DNA of 63,964 nt, the filler included, from Cladosporium halotolerans (Eukaryota), in NCBI RefSeq assembly GCF_011745625.1. It is 13 parts of 13 records of this genome, joined end to end, with 100 filler letters (N's around TTAATTAATTAA, not from the genome) between each part and the next. Parts side by side here need not be neighbours in the genome. Positions count along the whole stretch, not along the records: positions 1 to 5,351 come from NW_027191671.1; positions 5,452 to 10,482 come from NW_027191673.1; positions 10,583 to 15,581 come from NW_027191674.1; 10 more parts are not named here. One strand, written 5' to 3'. The position numbers and the translations under genes were made by a program. Below, in pieces: positions 1 through 11,230 of this stretch (positions within the stretch are counted from its first letter, which is position 1; each line of letters opens with the position of its first letter). The notes below the pieces were generated by a model. That model was not told the DNA's origin, did no database searches, and was given only the letters and a program-made list of their open reading frames with translations.

Positions 1-149
1 TTATGGAAAGTATCATTTCGACGACCCACTTGCCACCTGTGGATGTCCGTCCCCAAGGCAGACCAGTGGCTTTGTATCTTCATGCAATTGGAGGGAAGCA
101 ATCTTAAACCTGCACGTGGTCACCCCTTCTGTTCTCATTGTCACTTCGT

Positions 150-3100
150 TGGACGTCTTGCTAGAAGTCTCGCTTTGATTTCTTCCCATAACGCCGGTTG
201 GCCTGGACCGAGACCGTCGAGGCAGCTGATGTTTGCTCGATGGGATCTTGATCAAAGTCTAGGCGAAGTTAGCGGCGCTTCGCGAAGCAAGCTCGACGGA
301 CGCCTGCATGTGGATGTTGCTTGTGGATATCGTTCCGCGCCACGTTGAAGCTGGTGACGAAGGTTGACGGTATAATTTATTTGTCAAAACCCAGATCTTA
401 CGCGACAGTTGGCTACCCCATCAAGGCACTTCGACTGATCTCGTGTTCCGCGGTTTGATCGGCAGTTTGCCAGGGTATCAGTACACACGCCTCAGCCTTT
501 TTGCAGCGGCAGGCCGGCGCGCCCATTCACTCACCTGCTGGTAACGGCGTTGGAAAAGGAAAATGGCTGTCACGGCCTGACTGATCACCAACTGCCAGTG
601 ACCGGGGCGGTACTTTCGCCAAGGCGTCCGGTCAGAAAGCACGGCGGCGCTATCGAACTTTGCCACCACACAGCCGATCGTGCCACCACGCACGCTTTCC
701 TCAATACCAAGCAGCGGCTTTACTGGTAATTTCGCTCAGCTCCGCTTGACGGCCATGGACGCCGGATGCCCCGACGGACATGTTTTGCGGCCTGTCGCAT
801 TGCAGAGGTGACAGCGATCCTCTTATCCACGGACCGATTTTCACTCGGCGGCGGCAGGTGCGGAGCTTGACACGTCGTTTCGAAACCAAGATCCATAACG
901 ATACTTCATTGGAATGAATGCTGGTTTCACTATCGTACCGCTCGCTCCGACATGCGCGTGTTGTGGCTTGAATGTGAGATCCACCCTACCTTGTCACAAG
1001 TTTCCGCATCGACGACAGCATCCCGACGCCGGCCATGGCTTGGCTCTTCGACCGACAAGGGCTTTGTCCATGAGCACGGGCCAATGCAGCTACGGTGTCC
1101 GGCCGCCATGTCATCCTTACTACGGACGTCGGGCGACCTTCCAGCTGAGGTCCTCATCGTCACGTGCGAGCGATTCATCTCGTCACCTAATTTCTTATGT
1201 AAAGGGGGGGCGGGGGCGGGGGCGGGGTTGGGAGGTCTGACAAGGAGTTGACAGGTCGCCACGTCGACCACAGGCCCCTGCCATTCCTTTACCACCACGA
1301 ACTAGTGACGCTGGGACAGAAGCCTTTGGGTGAACTCCGTCAGCAGCTCCGAGGTAATGCAGCAATCGCCGAGGACTTCCACCCAGCGTCCTGTCCACGC
1401 GGGCGCGTGGAAAATTGTTTCTGCTCCGAGCTTGTCCATAGGGGCAATGCAAAGATGGTAGAAGAACCCCACGAACACCTCGGCTGCACTGTCGACCTTT
1501 CGATATGTGGCTCTAGGAAGCAAGGACAGCGCGCCCGCGGGCACGGATCAAAGCCCTCCTGGCGATGCGGACAGACGTGCGGACGGCAGTGCTACAGTAA
1601 AATCTGCACCGGAGAGCCATGTGCTATGATGGTTGGGCAAGGTCAACCAGCATCCGTACGGAGGCTCTGCAGCGGCGAGGTCGGACGGCGTTATTGGCCA
1701 CAATAAAGGGAAGCCCTGCAGTCGCAAAGGACCGTCGCTTCTGGCCTTGAGTAACCCTCAAAATCAGCGCATGCAACCGCGAATGTCGTGGCACACCAAA
1801 TCTTTCGCAACCACGCCGATAGTGTGCGAGAGGTGTGTCAACATTCTGTGCTTGATCGAGGTATTACCAAGCTCCCAGTTGTCTGAAGGGGCAAGGGGTG
1901 AACTCGCCGCAACCGCTGTCGATCCTCCTGCCCGCCTCGGGCTATTCGGGTTCTTCCCTGTCGAACTGCTTTATTGGCGTGTTGGACGGCTCGCACTGAC
2001 GAGGTACAGACCTTGCTGCTTTGCATCTTCGGGCAAGGCAACAAGGGTGGTCCTGCTAACCTGGGGTCGGCACGTTCGTGGAATGATATCCCTAGCTGGC
2101 AGCATCTGTCGATTCCCACACAGGTTTGGAATGGCGAGGGGAACTATGAAGCGCCAGACTGGCGGCTTCGATGTCGTTGCACTTTGACGCGATGTATCAT
2201 ACGGTGCCGTGGCACGGCGTAACATATGGTGTCGTCGCATGCTCGACGACGCTTTTCGGTGCTGCTTTGCTCCTGCTCATGACTTGTTATCTTGTGTCCT
2301 GCTGTATGGCACGCCGTATGCTTCTGTGCCGTGCTACGATTATCTTGACTCGCCGTTCGTTTATGCGTACTCCAGACGACACGAATGCGCGAAAGTGAAA
2401 TGCCGATCTTGATCTCAAGCTCTTTTTCTGCCTCAGCTCACGGCATTCCGCGGTAGTGCGCTGCGTAGGAAGCATTGTCATCGCGCCGTGACGTAGAGGC
2501 AGACCGCTGACTGGTTTCTCTCGAGGTGGTTGGGTGATTGGGTGGAAGGGAGGAAGGGAAGATGGAAGGAAAGCCAAAGGCAGGAGGGAAGGAAGAAGAG
2601 ATAAAAGAAAGGCAGGAAGGAGGAGTAGTGAGCGACGGCAAGAGGAGGCCAAGACGGAAGCAAGAGACGAAAAGGCTGGACTGGAAGGTAGGGAAGGAGG
2701 CAGGAAAGATGGAGGGAAGAAGGGAAACAGAAGGCAAGGGAGCAGTGTAGGAAAAGGACAAGTCAGAATGAGGAGGGAGAGGAAGAGGAGTGAAAAGAAA
2801 GAGAAGAGTGCAGAAAGGAAGAAGGCAAGGAAGGGAAGAGAAATAGGAGGAAGAAAATGGAAAGGGGGGGCAAGCAAAGGGCTGCGAAGGGGCCAAGAAA
2901 GGTAGCGGACGAGAAAAAAGAGGCGGAGGCAGGCCAGCCGGCAGGGCAGACGCATGGGGAAGGCTGGGAAAGAGATCGGAGTGGAAGGTAGGGAATGAGG
3001 CAGGAAACGAAGGAAAAGAGGAGGCAGAGGAGCAGTCAGAGTGGAAGGCGGGAGGAAAGGCATGGAAGCGGACGGAAAGAAAGGGAAGGGAAGGGAAAGG

Positions 3101-4445
3101 GAAAAGTGCAGGGGGACAAGAAAAGGGTAAGAAAGGGGCCAAGAAAGAATAGGGCACGGAGGAAGAGGAGGCAATGCAGGAGAAAGAGAAGCTGGCAACA
3201 AGAAGGCGCGAAAGACGACCGCGACAAGGCAGGAAAAGGGTAGGAAGGACGTCAGTTCGGAAGGCAGCGAGGAAGGCAGGGGGGACACATGATGGTCATG
3301 CTGGACTGTACTGTGCAGTACCATGTCATGTCAGAACCGCCAAAGACCGTACGCGTGCCACTGTCCGTTCAAGGATCCCGCCTGGACTCGCCAAGACTCA
3401 TTCCGGTCAGCAAAGGCTGGTGGTAACTCCGTCCGTGGCACAACCTCGAAACCTGGCCTCTAACACCATACCTCCATCCCGCGTCTTTCCGCTCCGTGCT
3501 TTGAGAGCCCTGCGACTCTAACCTCGACGCCGTGAACGGCCGTCAGTCTGGCCGCTGCTGCCGCTATTCTCTTTTTTGACCGCTGCAGCGCAAGCACGGC
3601 CGACACCAGTTTGTCGACAGGGGGAGCTGCGTTGTCTTCGACAACTCTTTGGCCCCGCGCGCTGTGTGCATTCCTGAGCCAAGTGCGCACGGAACAAGAG
3701 CCGTATCTCCAGAAAACGGATCGGCGTCCGTGCAGCGCTACCTGAGCGGCCTCGGGCGGAGGCCAAGCGCTTTGGAATTACCACCTTTCTTCGTTCAATT
3801 CTATGGTCTCTTCCTTTCCTCTCTCTCCGTTACTCGCGAACGTCTTTACTGGATCGCGCCGTGTAGCGGCTCATCGAAGACTCTTCACGACCACAAATCC
3901 TGAGCCACACGTTCAATTCACCACAACAGGCCATAATTCGTGGGCTTTTGTTCTGAGCCATCACAAAAGCATCAACAGGGTCGCAGAAACAATGACCTAC
4001 ACGTGAGGCCTTCACCCTTGTGCCGACCAGAAATCGGTCTAGCCCTTCCCGAGCGTGAGTCAGCATGCGCAGCGATTCATGCCTAGCGCGTCGGAAGACG
4101 ACCTGGGTACCTGAGCATGGCATACGATGAACGGCGCCAGGTGTGTCTTTGGTCGCGCTTCGCGAAGGCAAATATGAAGCCTGGCAGGCATGTTTGCTAT
4201 CACCAAAGCCAAGTTCTCGCCGTGTTGGCCAAGGTGACGCTTTTCAGCATGGCCTGTCATTGTGAAGGGCGGTATCGAGCCGCAGAGAGCGCGGCATCCG
4301 TTGTCCCGACCAAAGTGACGACGGTAGGCCATACTGGCCGGTATTGGGGGGCAGCACCCAGCCATGGAGCGCGTGGCCTCCACCGTATTGGCCGAGATGG
4401 CGGTCCTCAGTCAGGCCTGCCATCGTGAAGGGCGGCATCGAGCGT
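150..4445 (+). repeat. Dispersed ~4-kb repeat, copy 1 (copy 2 at 15950-20678, reverse orientation)
   Basis: TGGACGTCTTGCTAGAAG at 150 is the reverse complement of 20661-20678. Paired ORF translations are near-identical (1248-1706 vs 19121-19501; 1302-1544 vs 19283-19525). Colinear to ~3892/16813, then resumes at ~4128/16120. Confidence 0.92.
2535..3290 (+). repeat. Purine-rich (A/G) low-complexity tract inside the dispersed repeat
   Basis: About 750 nt dominated by GGAAG/AGGAG/GAAAG; pyrimidine-rich counterpart at ~17460-18300. Confidence 0.9.
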
Positions 4446-5351
4446 CGGCACGCGCAGTCCCCGGCACCTCGGCCAGTTTATAGTACTGTGGCTCCAGGGA
4501 CTAAGGCCTTTGAGGTAGGGTCAAGCCATTGACCTCGCGGCCTGCTGTTTCCTAGCCAAAGTGACGCTCCAGGCCCAGGTCTGCCGTTCCCGAGGGTCGC
4601 GCCGCAGCCATGATCAATCCAAATGCCCGGGTCCGCCCGACGTCAAGTTGCAAACCGAAGTTAACTTGCCAGGTCTTTTGCAGATGCCCTTGACGAGTCG
4701 GCCTCAGACCCTCCTATTGGGACCGGTGGTCTGGTCCGGCCCGTGACGCACGTCTAAGCCCTCGATGCCCGCTTGAATTTCCGAATGTGATCACATCGCT
4801 GACTATTAGACTGGCTGGCGCGCATCCTGTCATCAACCCCAGCGGGAGTATCAGTAACGCTCCAGCGGGTCAGGCGGCCCGAAAGCTTCGTAACTAGTAC
4901 TGCTACACGTTATTTTTGAACCCGTCTCATGCGTGGCATCTTGTGCGAGTCCAGTCACCAGCGGTCGGCAATGCCGTTGTGGCAAGCTGCCAAGTTTGCG
5001 AGAGGTTGTCCTGACTCAAGCCCCGGGATTGAAAGAGACTAGCACCACGATGCGTTGGCCTTCAGTCCAAAGTTCTGGAGCTTCTCCAACGCGCAGACAA
5101 GCCTGGCAAGACAGTAAGCAGATCTGGACCCCAAACACTTGCTTCATCGCGCTTCACATGCTTGACTAAAGCTTCAGTGAGACTGCTTCCCCGCCACGTT
5201 CGACCAGACGCGCTGAGGCAGCAAGCAGGCCCAGGCCCCCCGCCTCCAGCCCTGACCCACCAGACGGCTTGGCTTAGGTTCCAGCACTATCGTTTGCGGA
5301 ACCGGTTTCCGGAATTGCATCGTCTTTCTGGTTGATCCCTACGCGGCAGAT

Positions 5352-5451
5352 NNNNNNNNNNNNNNNNNNNNNNNNNNNNNNNNNNNNNNNNNNNNTTAAT
5401 TAATTAANNNNNNNNNNNNNNNNNNNNNNNNNNNNNNNNNNNNNNNNNNNN
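5352..5451. other. Artificial contig spacer (N44-TTAATTAATTAA-N44); first of 12 in the window
   Basis: Identical 100-nt N-padded linker with stops in all six frames recurs about every 5 kb; contigs are roughly size-sorted. Confidence 0.98.
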
Positions 5452-7598
5452 CTTCTGCAGGGCGCGTCATATAGCTGAACCACCAACACAAACATCACAG
5501 GCAGGTCTAGAAGGCGGAGTTGCGGGGGTGGAGCCAAAGGCCGAGCGCATTGTGTGGTTTACTTTCAATCTCGTCCGGACGATCTCAAACAAGGAGGTGC
5601 AGGGAGGTTCAATTGCATGACTTGGATGCATGTAGCCACCGGATTATCCAAGCGTCAATATCAAAGGTCTAGATGTATGAATGCATGGGTGAACCTCAAT
5701 CAAGCAACACGCCATAGTCGATGCAGGCTGTGGAAGTGACTGTACAACAATGCGTTCTCACACAAGCGGTGAAGGCAATGCTTGATGTTGAGGCAGTATA
5801 ATCTTCAAGGCTCGTAGTTACAGATGTGTCGGCCTCGCCTCTCCGAAGCTGTGTCGGCTTCATGTGAGGTTCACAAGCTCAGCCGCTCACAGCGCGACCC
5901 GACGCCTCCTCGTCTGTCGGCTCTGCGCAGCGTTGTGCATCGCGAGTAAGCTCCTACACATCGTCCGAGCCATCGCAAATGTGCCTTGCCAATGACAAGC
6001 TTGGGTCGTTGCAAAAATTGCCCATCGCTGCTGCTGATCTCGTCAGAAGAGACACCAAGACACCAACATCGCCATGGAGAGCGCTGACGGCCGATCTACG
6101 AGGAAGAGATGAAGCACGCGAGCCCCCAACATTAGCAACCGCTTTGTGTGTAGACAAGTCCAGGCCCAGAAGGGATGATGGTTGCACATCATCAGTCTGA
6201 GCTCCGCGAAAGTGGATCTCACCTCACGTACGGAAGGACGATGATCATGGCTACACCAAAGCGCAATGCGGTGGGCTCATGAGCCATCACGAGTTTCGTG
6301 GCGAGTCTCAATAACGATGGTCATGTGACTCCAGATTTGGGCAGGGCCGTGGAGTCAGGTGGCATGAATCGAGACAGGGCTGGGATCGCCTGTGGTTCCA
6401 CGTCAGCCGGATGTCACAGCTCGTCCAGCCCGTGTATTCCCCGTCCTCCCACACGTACTCACATGGGATGATGAAGCGCCGCCGGCACTGTTGGGGACGC
6501 CTGGAAGCAGAAGATGAAGATGACGCGTAAATTACGCACAGAGACATCTGGGCACCGCGCTTGTCATGGACCCATGTCGCCTCCAGGAGCGAGATGGCCA
6601 GCACCGATGCGACGTCCCAGGAAAGCAGGATTCGGGCGGCGCGATCCTGGCGTGCGTCAGCTGAGTCCTTACTGCAGGAGCCGGTCCTCCTTGTTGGTGA
6701 CCCAACGCTTGAGAGGTCTCCGGCGATTGGTGGCAAAGCCAGATGATGCTGAAGCCAAAGCCGCACATCTGCATCCGTCAGCTAATGGATCAATCCTTTC
6801 CATCGAGCCCGCGACAGCCCGTGCGTACCATGCCTGGCAGTCGCAGCAACTTTGATGCTTGTTGCGGCGCGTTGCTGTCGGCCTTAAGCGGTATGTAACA
6901 TGTCATGAGGCCGGCCTGGACGGCAGTGAAGACCGCGAGGATCGCTGCGAGCAGCGCGAGGAAGTCCAAGGCGCGGGCGAGGACGAAGGCAAACTCGAAG
7001 ACAAGGGCGAAGAACGCGTGGTCCTGGCGGTACAGGTGGACGAGTCGGCCGTCCTACATATGTGACTGTCCAGGAGCCACTCGCAGAGATTGCGAGAGTT
7101 CATGAAGTTTCAAAGACATTGTGCACGAAGTTTCCGTGGATACAGTGGGCTCAGTCACCACTGCGGGTGCTTGAGAGTGTTGCTGTCCTGTTCCCGAGAC
7201 CTCATGTGGTGCAGCCGATAGCTATGGCCAAGGTCTAGACTCACTCGAAGAAACGGATCACCATCGCGGGCCTGGTGGCAGAGTCACTGATGCATTGATA
7301 ATATGTCTGCACCGAAGGTGAGCTACGGATGACCTCGCCGATAAGTAGTAAACTCACTCACATGCGCCGAACGGGAAATCGTGATTCCATCGTGGATCAC
7401 ACGCCAGTTGGGGCATGCTCAGAAAGCCAGGGGATGCCGCATTTTGCGAGCGCGGATGGGGCCGGAGGACCCATTTCCATGCCAAGCAGTCTCGGGTCGA
7501 GCTTTCTTGGCATCGAGTTCATCTCGCAGCGCCAACAGCGGGTGTTCTCTTCGCAATTCCTCCTGCGTTAAAGAGAGACATCACGAGACTTATTCAAC

Positions 7599-9145
7599 AT
7601 GGCAGCAACAGAAAGTGTCATCGGCATTGTCAAGGCTTATCTGCAAGATGCAGAACCAGACCAGGTATCAGAGAGCCTGAGTCCCTGTTCTGGCGACTCC
7701 TCCGTTGACAAACCTTCAGGAAATCGAGACAGCGCTACGACAATACTTCACGAGGCTAGACGAGTCGGCGCAGAAGCGGATACTACCCGGTTGGACCAGG
7801 CCATGTGGCCGAGGTTGTGGGGAAAAGCGACCTCGGCAAGAGGCAACAAGCGACCAAAACGAGAGCTCTTATGAGCGGTCTGACTCTGAGACGGAAGATC
7901 TCAATCGCCACATCAGAAAGGCTTGGAGGTTCCTCAACTCGAGACAGTCCGAAAGAGCTCGTGCAGATAAAACCGCGAAGAAATCGACTGTAGACTACGA
8001 GGTTGTACGTGGAGCTATATCGGCAGTGCAAAAAGGGTACACTTGGACTCAGGAAACCGATGTTGAGAAAATATGGTCTATCGATGGCTCAGCAAATACG
8101 TCCCAGGAGTTTAATAGCAGCTCGGACTTGCATCGCCTGTCTTTGCTATACAAGAAGGTGGTTTCGTCAACGCATGGCAGCGAGTGTAAGAGAAGGATCT
8201 TGGCCTTGCTCTATCACCACGAGTGCAGACGGCACCGAATTTCGATCGGCAAGAAGGGAAGGGGAGACATTGAAAAGTCGACTGGGATGTCATTCGGTAG
8301 CGCCAAAGATCTGAAGCTTACTGCATGTGCATGGTTGAAATTCGTAAATGCATGGGGGCTCGGCGGGTTGTTGATGCCTGGACCAGGGCAGAGGAACGTG
8401 TAAGATTGTACCTCTCAGAACGAAGGGGGCGCATAGCTGATGATATCGCAGGTTTGAACGTGAGCTGTCCAGCGAGCATATGGAAGACCTGTGGACCTTT
8501 TGTGATGAACACATGCCAGACATGGCGCGCAAAGTTGGAAGCCTACATCAGACTGCGAGAAATCTCATTGTGAAGGGGATTGAGATCTATCGAGGCGACG
8601 CGACGGTCCTTGAAACGATTCAAACTGCTTTAGCCCAGGCTTATCGGACAGATTGGCGGCAAGGAGTTAGTAAGTCGCGCGCGCAAGACAAAAGACTGGT
8701 GACAGACGAGACGTCGCCAACGATGGACCTTTGCGGGAGAACGCCACTGCTTACCCTCGCGGCTGCCGCCCACCATGTACAAGAGAACGCAGCATCACGT
8801 GCAGAAAGTTCGCCGCGTTTGGCACCAGAAGCTGTCACAGAAGTCGCACAAAATCAAAACTTGGGGGACGTGGGGGTTCAAAGATCGTTGCCATACGAAG
8901 GTTCATCGAATGTGCCAGAAATTTCCCACGGAGACGCCTTGACTACGATGTGGCCCAGCGATCAATCTTTATGGTCGGGCAACTTGGGGCCATCCGAATG
9001 TCAACTCGTTCATGCCCAAGACCACTTTCAAGATACTCAAATGTCGACAGGGGCATGTGCGGTCACGTTTCCGGAGCTTACCGACACCTGGTCGAACGAT
9101 CTATACTCATCGTGGTTTTCCAAATGCGTTCAGGATTTTTGTTGA
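7599..9145 (+). CDS. Hypothetical protein, ~479 aa, 3 exons (7599-7664, 7720-8399, 8452-9145)
   Basis: Introns 7665-7719 (GTATCA..TTGAC..CAG) and 8400-8451 (GTAAGA..CTGAT..CAG) join three ORF pieces in frame. No recognisable domain. Confidence 0.7.
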
Positions 9146-9161
9146 GTGGAGCCAGCGCGGA

Positions 9162-9650
9162 TCAGGTCCTTGTAACTTCGTATCCGAGATATATATTCCC
9201 TGCGTCGACCTTAAATGTCTCTTTGAGACTGAATGACCTTCCACGATCCGTCTCATTTTCGACAGACAGCGCCAGCACCCAAGGGTCCTCTTGCCTGCTG
9301 CTATCTTTGGTCCCGTTGAATGGCGCTGTGTTCTTTGTGACAAAAATCCTTCGCCACTGCAGTTCGCCGTGGTGCCTGTTTTGGAACACCTGCACACACG
9401 TGAGTCATCCTTCTACATGCCCTGCAATTGCTCTTTGCCCACCCACCTGCGACTTGAAGTGTTTCTTGATGGGGTCTAGGATGTCTTCGTATTTTCCAGT
9501 CGACACGGGTGCGAGCTCGGACTCCTGATTCGTGTATTCAGGATCTTGCGCCAATCTTTCCTTGAGCATGTCACCAGCAAGCTTAGCGAGCTCGCAGAAA
9601 TGCTCAGATGCAGCAGCATTGTTCCCAGTATGCATACGATCGCCAGCCAT
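9162..9650 (-). CDS. Small hypothetical protein, ~143 aa, 2 exons (9650-9447, 9389-9162)
   Basis: 57-nt intron 9446-9390 (GTGGGT..CTCAC..CAG) removes the stop and joins MAGDRMH..KSQ to VFQNRHH..VTRT. Confidence 0.6.
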
Positions 9651-10582
9651 GATCGACTAGGGCTCCAAGGAGCACGCAGAAAGTAGGTGGCGGTATGGTC
9701 CGTGTGGTTTCGATCCTGATGAGGAGGAGGGGTCGAACAGCTTCCCATGCGCGGGTGAACTGAGAATGCGTGTGGGGTTGCCAAGACAGATGTCATCAGT
9801 TTGCCAGTCCCCACAAAGGTCGAGGTACAACAGCATGAGGGAACAATGTCATGAGGATGACTGCCAAAGCCTCGATACAAGCTCGAGCTGTGAAGGAATC
9901 CCGTAATCATATGGTACGAAGAAGATCCATGCGTGGCCATGAGCATGCGCGCACACCCACGTTCTCGATATTCTAGAACACCCCACAATCATGTGACGGA
10001 TTTCGCAACGCTGCAGCATGTATGTTCAGCCTCCGGCGGAAACCAGCATTGAAGATGTGCAAGAACTGGCTGACTTTGCAATCGCGCATCTCCGCTGCGA
10101 CGATACTTCAAGTTAGGGCCTGCCCACCCGGACGCTGCCTGCAGCCCAGGGCTGGTCCAAACCCGATCCAAAGCTGTGCGCTGGACCAAGATGCCATGCA
10201 AAGTTATTTCTCAACAGCCACCCAGATGCAGCAAAGCGACGTCTTACCTCGCTGGAAAATTTGCTGCTGCTTCTGAGACCGAATGCAGGCAACGGCAAAA
10301 AATTCTTTGCATGTGAGGCGAAGAAGAAGCGGCGATCGTCGCAGTCAGGATGGCGCATTGAGGCTTCCAGAAGACGAAACGATTTAGAAGCTTTCCCCAC
10401 CTCAAGCACGTCCACACCTCAGGCACGCTTGACGCGGCACCAACGCGTCCTCTTCTCTACGTGATTTCTCAACGACCGCAACNNNNNNNNNNNNNNNNNN
10501 NNNNNNNNNNNNNNNNNNNNNNNNNNTTAATTAATTAANNNNNNNNNNNNNNNNNNNNNNNNNNNNNNNNNNNNNNNNNNNN

Positions 10583-11230
10583 GCCGACACATTTTGTGAT
10601 CTCTTCAACTAGTCGGCAGCAGCCGTCCTCCTGGCGCGCCCAGTCACCGAGGTTGTTCAGAACGAGACAGATGGCTTCCTCCGGCTCCATCGCGCCAACT
10701 TTCACCGTCGTGGTGCGCCCACCCAACAGTTGCGAGACTAGAGGGTTCCGTCTGGTGACTATCACAGTGCCTGCCGTGCTTTTCGGAACCAGAGCGTCCG
10801 CATGCCATGACAGGTCATCTGCATTGTCCACGACCGCCAGCCATCTCTTCTCTAGGCTCCGCAATAACGACAACACCGCTTGTACACAAGACATGCCCTG
10901 CGTGGGTCAGTTCGCATTCGAGGCCTCGACTGGCAGGCGTAGCGCGCGACAGCATCGCTCGTAACTCGACCACGCGGTCTTCTCGCTTCGTACATCTATC
11001 CAGAGAACAGTGTCGTACTCCCTCTCGTGTTCTTCGATATAGCGCAGCACGAGCTGGGTCTTCCCAGTGCCGCCGAGACCTATCACTGCGACAGCGTGTG
11101 CCAGCCCAGTTCCACCCTGCGCTCTTCCTAACTTCCCACAAAGCTCTTTTGACAAGTGAGGTCGTTCCGTGTAGGTTGAGACGGTAGCGAAGGGTACGGA
11201 GACGCACCGGCTCGAGCGTGGAGAACACTC
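10583..11230 (-). pseudogene. NB-ARC (NLR-like STAND NTPase) fragment, frameshifted and cut by the contig end
   Basis: P-loop VIGLGGTGKTQL, then YDTVLWID. In another frame, Walker B WLAVVDNADD and GTVIVTRRN. Frame break near 10900. Confidence 0.85.

Noticed and set aside
2287..3324. Long S/P/L/F-rich ORFs (also 17459-18439 and 32507-33075)
   Set aside because: Stop-free only because of pyrimidine-biased composition; open in several frames.
5327..5338. TCTGGTTGATCC resembles the 5' end of 18S rRNA, which would make contig 1 an rDNA spacer
   Set aside because: The following bases (CTACGCGG) do not match TGCCAGTAG, and the second copy is too diverged for rDNA.
5452..7500. Short ORFs including a hydrophobic minus-strand stretch near 6900-7040
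   Set aside because: Could not build a supported gene model or assign a family.
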